A stretch of 64,000 bases of DNA from assembly GCF_964194025.1 (NCBI RefSeq), contig NC_134472.1, forward strand, positions 49,414,001 through 49,478,000. Reading direction: 5' to 3'. Shown here in pieces: positions 1 through 12,762 of this stretch. Origin of the DNA: Convolutriloba macropyga (Eukaryota). Position numbers and translations under genes: made by a program. Position 1 is the stretch's first letter; the number at the start of each line of letters is the position of its first letter. The notes beneath the pieces are model-generated. The model was not told the DNA's origin. It was given only the letters and a program-made list of their open reading frames with translations, and searched no databases.

Positions 1-149
1 CTCAACAGAAGTCTGATCAAACTCATCTATCATGTGACCAAGTGACGTCATGATTTGTTGTGGTGACAAGTGAGTGATTGATGTTCCATTCAATCCATCA
101 GAATAGGTTATGTTGTGTGCTGAGAGAACTATTCTGCCAATTGGAGATA
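1..149 (-). CDS. Host gene exon 6 (runs off the window edge)
   Basis: Acceptor ctcttcAG| at 150/149, phase 1, open to position 1: VSPIGRIVLSAHNITYSDGLNGTSITHLSPQQIMTSLGHMIDEFDQTSVE. Confidence 0.7.
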
Positions 150-689
150 CTGAAGAGCATTAACAAAGTTAGTCCGGGAAAAATTCGGTGAAAATTGCCT
201 TCTGAAATAACAAGTGCCTTCTAATGTTTCATAAACAAAAGCACTATTTCTGTGGTGGCTGTTTTTTTAAAGAACCCTTCTGCATATTTTTAATTCTCTG
301 TATTAATGAAATTAGCAGGTTGCTGTACAGGCATAGAAAAATTATCTATTGGAAATATTTTATTGCATTATAAACCTCTTTTGAGTGATTCTACAGTGTC
401 TTTTCAGCGCCTGGGTTGGAGTCCCAGTGAGTCTCAATGATGGATCGTTGTAATTTCATTGTAATTTCTAGATCCATACGCGTAAAATTGACAATTAATG
501 AATTTGAAAGTTGCTTTTTTGCAAGGGTAGTATCTGGTTTTAGACTTTTTCTGAATGAAGTATATTGCTCAGAAACTGCACGAAATTATTTCTGTCTTAT
601 GTGCGCAAGACAATTTTTTGAAAATTTTGCAAGCAACATATACTTGCCTTTAATCTTTCGCGTTTTCAGAGACGTTTGTTGATTATCTA

Positions 690-1259
690 CCCGGGTCAAG
701 GTTCGGTGGTAAAATTTTGTAAGAAATGCGGTGAAAAAAATTAATTTTTTTAACCGCGCAATTTTTACATCTCTTTGCGGAGAATGCGGTGAATTATTTT
801 TTTCACCGCGTTCTCAGTATTCCTAAAAAAGGAAACTTTGTTACACAGCTTCGAACCTATTACCTCCTTGCCTTCAACTTTTTTTTCCTTTGCGCCAACT
901 GTCACGTACGTGTATGATATTTCTTGAGAAATTAAATCAGACTCAGTAAACGTTGCAAAGTAAAGGCAGTGAATTTTTGTTTGAAATGATGTGAGTTTTG
1001 CGGTTAATTTTGTAACAAATGTGGCGAATAGCGCTGAATTATTTTTTTCACCATTCATCGCATTTCTTACATTAATTTGCCCCAAAATCAATGCGGTGAA
1101 TCTTTTAAGAAGTGCGGCGAAGTTCACGTTAAATTTTTGTAAGAAATGCGGCGAAATTTTTTTTTTCACGGCATTCACAGCAATCACTGCATCTCTTGTA
1201 AAAATTCAACGCATTCACCGCATTTCTTACAAAATTTCACCCAAAAACCTTGAGCCGGG
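690..1259. mobile_element. Non-autonomous DNA transposon (MITE), CCC...GGG termini, 2-bp TSD; intronic
   Basis: Imperfect TIR of ~45 bp (CCCGGGTCAAGG...TTTTGTAAGAAATGCGGTGAA / TTCACCGCATTTCTTACAAAA...CCTTGAGCCGGG), flanked by TA on both sides; internal GCGGTGAA motifs. Confidence 0.85.
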
Positions 1260-3465
1260 TACTCATTTTCTTGAGGATGACAACACATCTGAGCAAAATT
1301 ATCGCTTCAATTTATTTCTTGAAGTTTTATCTCAACACTACAGCTTACAGAAAATGCACACAAAATTTTTCGGCATGTTTTTGCACCAATTTTAATTGGC
1401 AAAAGTCTATTGCTGTTTACCTTATTAAGGTAATGCTTTTCAGCATTTTCACTAAAAGACACCTCGTTTTCCCCGCACTGATAAATTGTTCCAGAACAAA
1501 AATTGGAAACATTTTTTATGATCACAGCCTTAATTTCCGAATATCTGGTATGTACAGTTTTTTTTTATTTAAATGAGACATTGAGAGCGAGGACCCCGGT
1601 TTGCAAAACTTTTTGAGTTAAAAAGAACGTAAAGCTTGCTTACCAAAGTTTTGATTAAGGTGACAAACAAACTACTTTTCTTATTAACCAACAAAAAGGC
1701 TGCCTATTGTCCATGATGTATGATTTTTATAACCATATAGTATGCTTCATTTTTGTGTTTTTCTAATAGTATATATCTGGTCTTTTTTTTGAAGTTCTTG
1801 TTTCAAAAAATGGCCTTTTGATTGCTATTTTAAAGTTTTATCAAAAAGGAAACACTGTGATAAAACTTATATAGATAAAAAGAAGGTGACGAGTTTGAGC
1901 GTTCTGAATGTTAATGCTCTAAATTGAAAATTGAAATCATCTAAATTGAAGAAAGATGCTAATTGTTCCGCAGTTTTCTAATTTTTTTTGTATTTCTGTG
2001 AAGCAATTTTATCTCAAAACTTTTATTGTGCAGAATTTATTCAGCGAAACGGTTTTCAAGGTGCTTACGTGCTTACTTTAAAGTGTTTATTTCCCAAGCA
2101 ATTACAAAATTATTTCAAAAGCAGCTAGATGTTTCGGTCATTAACCTATGAAAGCTATTGCTTGCCGAAAAGGATATACTTTTCTCAGTATCAAACTTAC
2201 AATATTACTTTATGGCTATCAAGATTTTGTTGTCTATTTTTCATCTTTCAAGAAAGCTTTTGTTCTTGCAAGATATATATTTTATCTCAATTGTTTTATC
2301 TCATCTGATGAAAACTAACAAACAGCTGTCAGAAACGGCTGACTTGTGAATAGGAATTATGTTTCGAACATTTATTTAAACGAAATTCAATCATTTTTTT
2401 CGAAATTAACTGCTACCGAAATTCGAAAACTAAATGCTATCCACTTAATTTGCCACGCATTAACGGGAATTTTTTCTAATTTCAACAAAGAATTTTTATC
2501 ACAATCCTATGTGACTTAATAACAAACAAATAATCAGGTCCAGGTTGCTGATTAGAGCATCGCTGCATTACAAATGTCTCGTGCTACCAAATTTACAGAT
2601 AATTTTTCTCGTTTTTTTAAAACTAAATTTCACTTTTCCAATCTTACTTAATACAACGTACGTGATAAAGGTACCTACAAATTTAAAGTATAAAAAAGCG
2701 TTTCCCCTAATGGAAATTTCAGTCAGTGTTTTCCAATTTTAGACTCAAAGTTGAAAAATAGAATATAATTTCCACCACAAAAATTCTGCAGAATTGCCGT
2801 AATTAGATTGCACATAATTTCGGAGCAAATATTGCGTATTCATAGACTGGAGTCATAAATCCCTTTTAAAATCGCATTTAAGGTAAATGGTTCGAATTAA
2901 TACTATACTTCACCAAATACAATTGAGTAATATCGCACCAAACATAATTGACAAATAAAGGAAGCATAATTTACGTAACATCAAAACATCAGAGTTTATG
3001 ATCAGAAAAATTGAGGGATTTTTTTACTGCAAATAATGATAAGTATTTATTTGGAAATATACTGAGGCTTTTTTCTGCAATTAATGCGGATTAGCCTAAA
3101 ATACTTCCATTAAAAGTTTGTTGGGCTTATATTAATTGTCCTAATTGTCCTAAAATCACTTCAGAATGGATTAAAATTTTATGAAATGCCCTCGAGCTAG
3201 TGTTTAGGAGTTACCTCACCACAGAATCTAACTACTAAAAACATTTCTTTTTGATTTTTTCCTCTTAAGGCTATTTTATTGCCACGTGGAAACTTCTTAC
3301 ACGTATTTCAAGCGTTTTCTATATTGGGCGTCAAAAGACCAGACGAAGTGCCAGCTATTATTTTTGTAGTAGTTTTTTTGGAAATGCCAGAGGCTCGTAA
3401 CGTAATACAAGGGCCTTTTTGGCCTTTTTGCAGAAACCAGTTGTTGCACTCAATGCTATTCTAAC

Positions 3466-3690
3466 CGTCCAATCCAAATAATGCGAATTCGCAGAATGTG
3501 ACAGAGAACTTGAATCCAATTTGGGTACTTCCAGCTACCTCAATCTGAACACTTTCTGCTATCTCTTCACACAGGACATAATTCCAGCCTGGTTTCCCAG
3601 TGAGAGTGATGTTCTCTCTCCCTCCACAGCACCACCGACACAGAAATCCATCACAAGCATACACTCTCGCGAAGGGGGATTGAGTAAAAT
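3466..3690 (-). CDS. Host gene exon 5: C-terminal half of the fucolectin/F5-8-like domain
   Basis: ttttgtAG|...|GTtaga; 225 bp, phase 1-1; NFTQSPFARVYACDGFLCRWCC...SVQIEVAG...SVTFCEFALFGLD. The end resembles the LxxCEVEVFG terminus of fucolectin-type domains. Confidence 0.8.
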
Positions 3691-4262
3691 CTACAAAAAC
3701 AAAGCATTGAGTTTGCAGCAACATTCTACAGAGACAGCAATGATTACAGATTTGTGTAGCAAATATTCAATTCCATACAGATAATAGCCAAATTGTACTA
3801 AATTTGTTAAATTGGGGCGAACCTCCGAACTACTAACACCAGCTTTGCTGTTTTGGATCAAGCAAGCGTGCAACGTTAATTTTTCAAATAATTGTTTCAG
3901 TACCAATTCTCGGATGGGGCACTTTATGGGTTGTAATTTTTTGCTAAGACGTCCATGGCTGCGCGATTTTTAGAGAAAATAAACCCTTTCATAGTATTGG
4001 TTTCTGTCTATTGACTGATGTAAATCTGATGAATTCAGTTTGACAACTATGTTTCCACAGAAACGTGCACAAACCGGTACACACTAAATTTCGGTTCTAA
4101 TTCCTTGCGCATTTGGCAACACTTGAAAAAAAAATAGAGACAAAATATGAGTATTAATTTATCAATCTTAACTCGTCTTTGATAACATAGAACAGTATCA
4201 CTCTGCCTATCATTACAATTTAAAAAAATTGGAGAAAATTATAGGAAAACTGGAGCTCAAAT

Positions 4263-6898
4263 AAACAAGAAGGCTCGGAAATGTGCATTCGCAGATAATA
4301 TTTCGAACCCACTTATCCACGTTTTTTATTTAATTGTCGACCAAATGAGGAAGAGATCAAAAATTCTGAAGAATTCATATATTGCCTGCAATCAATTGTG
4401 TTTCATTTAAAAATTGGAGGGCTGATGATACCTCCCATCAGCAAGTCTAAAAAACGAGACAAAACAAAATAATCAACAAAAAACGACGGTTAATTACGAC
4501 CAAAACTCAATATCCATCTTCTGAAAAATAACTTAATAACAAAGCCAAAATAGAATAAAACTAAACTACTAAACTGAAAGTATCACTTGAAATTCATCGG
4601 AACAGCTAATTGGATCTGTCTTTAAAGAGAAAAATGAACTGGTACACAAGAAAAAAAACGAAAAGTTATATAATACTTTTTCACTTTTTGGAAACAATTA
4701 ACTTCAAACTCCTGAAAAAAATAGCTACCGAAAAAACCAAAAAACAGGTTCACCTAAAACTCCAAAAAACCGAGGAATCACTTAACACAATTAGTTATGC
4801 GGTTAAAGAAGAACATCAAATAGAGGCATCGAAATGCCATTTTAATTTTGCGAGGAAACGGTGTGCAAACAGTTAAAAGTATAATCTATTCACTGAAAAT
4901 AAAAAAGATTATATTATCAGTCACATCATTCTTCAATGCTTTTAATTTGATATTTGACTCGTTAAAATCGAACCCTAAAATTGAGGGAACGGCCAAAAAT
5001 TAATGAAAAGCTAGAATACTCGTTGTTTCTAAGCCAAAAAACCTTCTGGAAGGTAAAACCGCAATAAAGACTTCAATTCAAACCATTTGAAAGGGATACA
5101 ACTTCTCTCTTTGCCGAGACTATACTTCAGGGCGACAAAAAGTAGATAAAATGTGGCAAAGCTAAAAAAAATCGTTAGTAATTTTTTGAAAACAAGCAAA
5201 GTCATAACAGCCATAAACTTTCCATCAATTAACTGAATTGATCATCTCGTAGATGCCCAAGAAGATAATTGAACCTGCATTAATGAGATTATCACAAAAG
5301 ACAACAAAATAGCAAAATCAAGATTTCACAAACGACTTTACGCAAATACAGTGTTAAAGCAAAAAGAAGATACTGAAGGTTTTAAATGAAATTATAGTAT
5401 TTGTTAATTTGCCCCAACTTCGACGTAAAATTGCTATGCTTGTATTGGATTCGGGATTTCAGCTAGTTCTAATCTGTAATTAACAATGAATTTCCTGCAA
5501 TTTAAATATACCTCCATACTTTTTCAAAACAATTGATTTAAAAGCCGTGGAAACTAAAAACTATCAATCGACTATATTAACTAGCTTCAATCGATGGTCC
5601 ATAGAATGCCATTGCAAAATAACAACATCTAGGATTCCATACGCCGACAAAAAACATAAAAGGCAAAATTTAAATTGAATAAAAAGTTATGAAAGCTCTT
5701 CGTATAAAAGCCAGAAAAACCATTTTTACAAATAGGAAAACGCTAGAAGTCTAACTACTGAATTACTCAAAAAGAAAAGCGAAGCTTGTATCTACCTCTC
5801 TTTTTGCTGATGCCAAGCTGCAGGGGGACAAAAGTAAGATAAAACGTGGCAAAGCTAAAAGCAAAACCCTATTAAAAAACTTTTCAAAAAAGATATAAAA
5901 ATTATCAGCTTTCAACTAAAAATAAATTTACTATATTTTCATGCATTCACCTGAGAAGTTGTTAGTCACGCCCTTAGCAAGATTAAGACAAAGTATAACA
6001 AAGAAAAAAACGAGTAGAGGCTGAAATCAAATTTTCACAAATAATTTTTTTCAAATACCGTGTTGAAACAGAAAAAAGTTAAAGTTTTTGAAAGCAAATA
6101 CAAAACATCTCCATGGGTTTTTTTACTGGAAAGTTTTATGTATCGCTGTTTTAATTTTGCTTTGAAACCATCCTTGATAATAATGTGAAGATAAAATGAG
6201 AACCTAGCTAGCCTCGTTATCGCTGTGCTGCTTTTAAAAACCCAATTGTTCTAAACAGTTGCCTAACAGATTATTCAACCAAATCTTTGGAAATGTATTA
6301 GGAATTTTTGCTAAATATCGAGTAAAATTTGCAAAAAGCCTCCGTGTCATTACTTCCATAAAACTTTCCTCAGAACCGCAGGCTCAAATAGCCTGCGTGA
6401 ACAATGAGTGTGGCATCAGTTTGCATGTCTGTAAAACTTGTCAACTAAGTGTTTGGACTTGTCTGGACTAAGTGTGCTATATTAGCATTATTGGTGCCAT
6501 TTTTCATGAAAAATGGAAAAAGGTTTTTTTTTCAGCCAATTTTCCACGGAAAAAACCATCTGGAACAATTCAGTAATTCTCTTTTTTCTTTAACAATGAA
6601 ACCAAAAACACTTTTGTTGACAATTTCATCCCACTTTCTGCAAAATTGAATAAAATCTCAACAAAATTATGAAAAAATGTGAATCTAACGTTCACAAAAC
6701 TTTAAAACTGTGTTACTCCCGGAAAAAGCAAAATTCGAAAAAAACTTTTTGCATAAAAGTCTTCGCTCAAAAAACTTTCTAGCGATAGCACTCAGAAATC
6801 TATACAATAAATGTTTCGATAAGAGAAATTTGACTGCACAAAAAAAGAAAACCCAGTTGAGCATATAGTTCCTCCCCCAATAAAATGGGTCGAAACAA
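4263..6898 (-). mobile_element. Non-autonomous Helentron/DINE-1-like element (copy B, old); intronic
   Basis: Both ends match copy A (23909-25695) in reverse: AAACAAGAAGGCTC...ATGTGCATTCGCAGATAA at 4263 and TATAGTTCCTCCCCC...GGGTCGAAACAA at ~6865-6898. Confidence 0.65.
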
Positions 6899-7142
6899 TT
6901 AGATTGAAATACAATTTAGCAGAATTCAAAAACTTGGGTATGTTATACTATTAACGGTAATTAATAGAACTGATGAAAAAGAGTAAAAATCCCGTAATTA
7001 TTTTCAAAAGAAGAGAGTAACTTTTGAAAAATATCACTGACTTCTCAAAAGTTCATTCAAGAAAAATGGGTTTATAGATTCCGCCAAGATTTCTAATTCA
7101 ATTGAACTAAATTGAAATCACCTAATGTATTTTTAAACTAAC

Positions 7143-7319
7143 TTGACATTTCATCGTTTCTTGTGTTGATTCCTACAGCTTTGACATAGTGTCTGTTAGT
7201 GAGTCCAACTACAGCCCTCCCACTCACTCCAGACCAGCTGTTGATCAACATGCATCTCTTCTCATCATAGTCACTAGTACTACCCAACACGTTCAGATCC
7301 ACTAGGGGAGTCAGAGGAC
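7143..7319 (-). CDS. Host gene exon 4: N-terminal half of a fucolectin/F5-8 type C-like beta-sandwich
   Basis: tattttAG|...|GTtagt; 177 bp, phase 1-1; GPLTPLVDLNVLGSTSDYDEKRCMLINSWSGVSGRAVVGLTNRHYVKAVGINTRNDEMS. Confidence 0.8.
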
Positions 7320-7402
7320 CTAAAATACACGCGTGTTCATATGATACAATAGCACAATTATAGCACGTGTTGTCGACAAATTTCTGAACAAGAGTATCTT
7401 AC

Positions 7403-7465
7403 CTCCAACAGCTAAGGTGACCGTACTCAAATTTTTGATTGCTGGTGGTAAAATTTGAGGGTATC
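7403..7465 (-). CDS. Host gene exon 3
   Basis: gttttAG|...|GTaaga; 63 bp, phase 1-1; GYPQILPPAIKNLSTVTLAVG; in frame with both neighbouring exons. Confidence 0.8.
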
Positions 7466-7634
7466 CTAAAACAGGAGAACAAGAATTTATCTTTCAAAAA
7501 CTAATCCAAATTTATTTATTCAAAAACTATTATTCTTTTGTTCGGTTTTAAAGAAAATGGAGAGCTTTAATCTAATTCGAATTTTTTATTTGACCTTGAA
7601 ATATAGGTACGATTAAATAGTTGACTCGGCTAAC

Positions 7635-7751
7635 CCGAACAGTACAGCCCATCTCCGACTAATGGTTCAATACAGAGACAGTAGTACTGTACTCCATCAA
7701 ATGAGCATTCTGCCATCTCATGACACAAATGGTTTCCAGTTTCACAGGGAT
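7635..7751 (-). CDS. Host gene exon 2: EGF-like domain
   Basis: tgttttcAG|...|GTtagc; 117 bp, phase 1-1. Translates to xPCETGNHLCHEMAECSFDGVQYYCLCIEPLVGDGLYCS (six Cys in EGF spacing, GDG motif). Confidence 0.9.
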
Positions 7752-8348
7752 CTGAAAACAAGATGCAAGTATCTCAAATTTGATCAATTGTTCAATAGAC
7801 ATGAAAAATAACACTGGGAAAAATCTTAATACATATGGCCAATTTTTTAATTGTTTAAAAATATCTCTGATGCCGTGAACTTTACTTTCAATCTGCAAAG
7901 AGAGCTCTTACTGCAAAATCCCGTAGAAGTTACTTAGCAAATCTAAACATTTCGTCAGAGTATTGAACAACAAAGAGATACTAATTTTTTTGCTAACTAA
8001 TGTTCAACTTGGTTGCTTTTGAAGCACAACCGAAACCTATCATTTACGAAGGGAATTTCAAAAATCCTTTAATCTAAATCAAAATTTCTCACTTGGTGGT
8101 GGATCTTTTGGTTCCAGTTCAGCTAAAACAAAAAATGATTTTTATAAATTACTCAATTTGCGAGCATCAGTTGATTTTCTGGGATCTTTTCTGTTTTTAC
8201 TCCCCCGTAGGCTAAGTGCCCCCAGTTACAGAGCACGTGGTATTACTTACTCATCATAAAAAATATGACACATGATGTTAAGAGGAGGGGCAAATAACAT
8301 GCACCCACTAAGCGGGTGGGGGCACAAACAGAAACGATCCACATTTAC

Positions 8349-8733
8349 ATAGTATAAAAGTCATACGGTGATATATGAATTCGGCAAGATCCATGACTTC
8401 ATTGTAGCGGAAGTAGTCCAACTTCACTGCTTCGAGGCATTTACACTCCTGTGCATTTTTGTCAAATCTCCAAATAAATTTGTGTCCAATTGAAAGACTA
8501 ATTTTACTACACACTGAATTGCATAATGAAGAATCTTCGCTGTGTACTCTATACGTGCCTCGAAAAACTAAGTTCTCCATGTTCGTGTGCTCAACATTGT
8601 GTCTCGTTTTGTGCATCGGAACCGACAAAGTCAGTAGAATGTTAGCACAAAAAACTATTAAACACTTTAGTAAAAAGATGACTGCTTTCAATGAGTTAAG
8701 TTTGAAATCGGACATCGCTCGCAAATGTCTCAT
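8349..8733 (-). CDS. Host gene exon 1: signal peptide + Cys-containing PAN/apple-like region of a secreted or cell-surface protein
   Basis: ORF 8308..8733 starts with a hydrophobic stretch (VIFLLKCLIVFCANILLTLS), then CNSVC...FIWRFD...ECKC. Phase-1 donor CTAT|GTAAAT at 8349/8348; an alternative donor a few codons earlier is possible. Confidence 0.6.
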
Positions 8734-9927
8734 GGTTTGTGAAGATTGATGTAGAAAAAATGAATTTGTTGCGTTCTTAGTGAATTATACAAAAAACGCA
8801 ATTAATAGTAATTCACATCCGCAGAACCGGTACCGAACTGCAAAGTTATGACCTGCCGCCAATTTTAAGTAATATCTCTACCCTATCTCTACTTTTGCAT
8901 AACACATGAATTGGTCTGTTTTTTATTTGATTTTCAACAGACCATGCTTTGGTCTTTCCGAACTTATTTCTTTTAAGTGAGTGACTTTTAAGTTCCAATT
9001 TGTTTGATCAGTCCTTTTCCATGACAACCTCGAATGCTTCTTGGGTGAACAGGTCGTCAAATCTGGCCATTTCTAACCAAGGACAAGCGTTACTTATATG
9101 CTAAGTTGAAAAAGATAAAGTCTTCAGATGCAAGTCTGTATTCTTTACATGAATTTTGCGTGCAGCCAAATAACTTTCTTCGTTAAGAGTAAAATCTTTT
9201 CTTCTCAGTTTGCTTTTTGTGAACTGTTTGCAGATTTCTTTTAAAGCAGTTTTTGAGGATAACTGATATTCAATTTACCTACTTTCATGAGGTTTTTGAA
9301 ATTATTGTAACGTGTATTTGTTTTTAGATGGGCAACACCGAGTTTGATTCTACAAGGGATTTATCAACACTATTACTTTTGCTAAGGCTTTCAGAGCTAA
9401 TTTAATTGGGCCCCGTGTGTGTGTTTTTTTGATATTTTACGTAATTTTCTTGATCTTTTTGCATCATACATTTTTTTGTCTTCCTTTCCGTTAACTTCTC
9501 TACAAAAAGAAAGTTTTTTTTTCCTTTCGGAGTAAAAAGGAAGAGTTATTTAGCTCTTTTATTTCAAAGACATTATATTTCATTACTTCAACAAAACATT
9601 TTCTAAGTTTTTCCGCACATCAGATGTTTTTTTTTCAGTGTATTCTCTTATCAATTATATTAATAGATCTACACTGTTTACAATTGAGTTATGTCTTTTT
9701 GGAAAGAAAAATCAATACCATTGCTCCCTCCTTTGCTACTATTACGGAACCGTGGAATCTCGCAATGTAGTTTAAATTTTGCCGGCTTTAAATTTTTATT
9801 AAAAAAATTTAATTCGATTCCTTTGTCAAAATGTGATTCGTTCAGGGGTATTATTAGATTACCCATGTTAATTTTTTGGTTGGCTGTCTGCTTTACCATG
9901 TTCACCAAGTTAACAGCCAGCTTGTAG

Positions 9928-10364
9928 TGTTAGTAACTAAATAAATCTAAGCGAGAGAATATTAACCAATCAGATTCAAGTATTTAAATATGCATAGAAA
10001 TCGTTCCAATATACGTACAAAGCTCGGAAAAAGTGCAATTAACATAATTTCAAGTAAATCTAATCATAAGACCTATCAAGTAAGACATGATTTGGCTCAA
10101 TAATTTTTGGCTTTTTGGATGCATTGGTACAAAATGGTGACTGGCATTGAACTAATGCGTTATTAGACAAAATACCGGCCAAATGAGCATCAAAAATTGC
10201 CGTCTAAAAAACCACTTGTTGCTATGATCGTACGGAGCTAATACGTTGCTATCATCGATGAGTTATAGACTGACTATAATACGTTGATTTGTCTCTTTAT
10301 ACGTTGCTTTATATCGTTTATGAGTGAATTGAATCGATACGAAAGAGTGTTTTGCACCTTTATA
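9928..10364 (+). repeat. BEL/Pao 5' LTR
   Basis: TGTTAGTAAC...CCTTTATA; direct repeat of 19576-20012. Confidence 0.95.
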
Positions 10365-10365
10365 T

Positions 10366-10388
10366 TGGTGCCGCTTTGAGTTCGAATC
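10366..10388 (+). promoter_or_regulatory. Primer-binding site of the BEL element
   Basis: TGGTGCCGCTTTGAGTTCGAATC, 1 nt after the LTR. TGGTGCCG is complementary to the 3' end of tRNA-His/Phe-type tRNAs; the exact tRNA is not determined. Confidence 0.75.
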
Positions 10389-11370
10389 AAGACGTAGTAC
10401 ATTAATTATTTAACGACATTGAATAGCAGTGAAAGCTTGACTGGGGATTGCGCTAAAGGGAAAGGGAATCAAGCACTAACAGAGAGAACTGGTTGCTCGG
10501 GCCACACACCTTAGAGGAGGTGACGTAGATGAGCGTTCGGAACAAAACAAAGAGACAGGCATATGACGTCCTGTGCACCCTACCGGTTGAGCCTCTCCGT
10601 GAAGCCGGACGCTTGGCATCATTCAATTGTGCCCGATTTGTCAGACAAAACGCCAATTAAGTGCAAAGGCCGACGAAGCAGGACTTCTCTATCACTACTG
10701 GTAATGTACGCAATACAAACGACCAACGCTCAACCAACTCAATAGTCAGTGCAGTCTACAACCTCTGTATTTTGAAACCTTAAGACCAATCGGGTTTAAA
10801 ACTTTTAATTGGTTTAATTGGGTTTAATCGGTTCTTTCCGATCTTTGTTTCCCGTAGTAAATTTCATATTTTGTGGTGAAAACAACACCTTTAGACGGCA
10901 AATACCAACCCCTAACGGAGATAGCGCCTTAACAAAAAAAGAATATATGACGGCATTTGGGTATTAACATTTAGATAATTTGTCACCATTGACCCCCCGC
11001 AAACATAGTTTTTCAGACGAAAAAACATCGATTTTGAAAATTTTTGGTTGAATTGTCGAAAATTTGTAAAAAGTGATTAAGTCGGATCGTATATCAAAAA
11101 TTTACCTCTAATATAGAGGAAATCGAGAAAACGTTATGCTAAATTCTTCAATTTTTAAATTTTTTTGTCAATTTTGATGCAATTCTAAAAACTTTAGAAA
11201 ATCAGTACCGAATATTGATAAACCGTATATTCGAGAATAAAGTTGTCCAGTTTAGTGGATTACCTTTCCGTTTTCAAGAAATTGCAAAAACTTGACCAAA
11301 AATAAAAAAAATTGGACAAAGGCATAAGTTTTTGACAAGGTTGTCAAAATTCAATTTCTCCAGCAAGAAG

Positions 11371-11499
11371 CCCGTACTGAACGCCAAGTCAATATCAGTA
11401 CTGGTCAAGTCTAATTCCAAGTCTAGATATCAGTACTGATTCACAGCTATGACCTTAACACATTTAAGAATTGTCAGACTTGGCCTAAATCAGTACGGG
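11371..11499 (+). mobile_element. 129-bp CCC...GGG MITE nested in the BEL leader
   Basis: TIR CCCGTACTGA/TCAGTACGGG, AG TSD. The first ~115 bp match the reverse complement of 21640-21751 (~10 mismatches). Confidence 0.85.
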
Positions 11500-11840
11500 A
11501 GGTTCGTTAACTGAGTAAAACTCATTACACAGAAAAAGTTGTGAAAATTTTCACAACCTCCGGCCTACAAAAAATTTATCGAATCACTGTAATTTTTCCT
11601 TGTCGATCGTTTATGTACCGTCTCGTCAGCGTCCTTTTCGTCCTTTACCTTTTCACATCTTCGTGTTCCGTCTTTTTCCAAGAACGTTGCTCTCCCAAAA
11701 CTTCGCTTTTCGTTTTCATCCCTCTACCTTTCCGGATTTCGATGTAATATGTCATATGTGATGTAGTATGTTGTGTTTTCATTGCAGTATGTTGATTAAG
11801 CTAGTATGCTGGTTAGTTGCTTTGGTCTTGTTGCCTTCTG

Positions 11841-12202
11841 GGGTGTGACTTAAGATTATTCTGGAGTTACGGCTAGATTGTTTCTTCGCTTTTCCAGCTT
11901 TCATAGACTACAAAAGCGCTGCATATTAATTAATATTTGCTGTAGTTTGTTTAATATTGTTGGTATGCTGATCGGATGTTTAGGTTTGATTATTGCTAGG
12001 GTGTGACTTAAGTTTATTCTGGAGTTACGGCTAGTAATTGTTTTGCTCTTTTCATCCTTTTAGTATACTATTGTTTGCCGTAATTTAGTTTGTTATTTTC
12101 ATACGTTAAGCCCCATAATGACTTGTGCTAGTTTGTCTCTTGCAGTAGCATCCCTCCTTCTTCCTAGGGCGTGACTTAAGTTTGTTCTGGAGTTACGGCT
12201 AG
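11841..12202 (+). repeat. Three copies of a 36-bp hairpin motif in the BEL leader
   Basis: GGGYGTGACTTAAGWTTRTTCTGGAGTTACGGCTAG at 11841, 11999 and 12167. Confidence 0.85.
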
Positions 12203-12762
12203 TTTGTTTGGTTGAGTTTGTTGCTGCGGTCTGCTAGCACAGTGGTTCCCGACCTCCCCGCTCGCTGCGTAATCGTCTTCCGCCCGTTCCGACCCGCCTT
12301 TCCGTATCGCTGCGTGCTACTCGCTCAACGCCTCCGTTCTGTCCGTCTCGATTCCCGTTTCTTCGTGCGTTGCTCGTTCAGCGTCTCCGTCCCGTCCACT
12401 GCGTCGCCCGTTTACTACCCGCGTTTTCGCCAGTTCCGTTCCGTTCCCTGTTGCGTTGCGCGCCGTTCGCCCGTCCTTCCCGCCCCGTCCGCTTCGTTTC
12501 CCGTTTCGTCGTGCTTCGTCCACCCAGTCCTCTTTCCCCGGTTGCCTGTGTTCCTGTTTAGTCCCTCGTTGCTTTCAAGCACGTTAGACGCACTCTATAA
12601 TTTCTTACTCACTTTCGCCGAGTAATTCATTACTCGGTAACTTCTTTTCTGCTCTTCGACGTCTTGACTATCAAGCCGTCGTCATTTGGGTTCGGTATAA
12701 CCCGCATTCCACGTGTTTGGTTGAAAGTTACTCTACATTGATAAACTAGCCATTTCAATATC

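Noticed and set aside
765-1576. Overlapping 100-140 aa ORFs, and most other short ORFs in the track
   Set aside because: They overlap MITEs, antisense strands of retroelement genes or AT-rich intron sequence and show no protein motifs.
10929-11510. TTAA-flanked insertion (piggyBac/Kolobok) in the BEL leader
   Set aside because: No inverted repeats inside the TTAA sites, and TTAA is common in this sequence.
11841-12202. 36-bp repeats with unique spacers resembling a CRISPR array
   Set aside because: Only three copies, spacers >120 bp, inside an LTR retrotransposon in eukaryotic DNA, and no cas genes.
12212-12625. ORFs on both strands in the BEL leader (Arg-rich antisense ORF)
   Set aside because: The region is A-poor low-complexity sequence that lacks stops by composition; no recognisable motifs.
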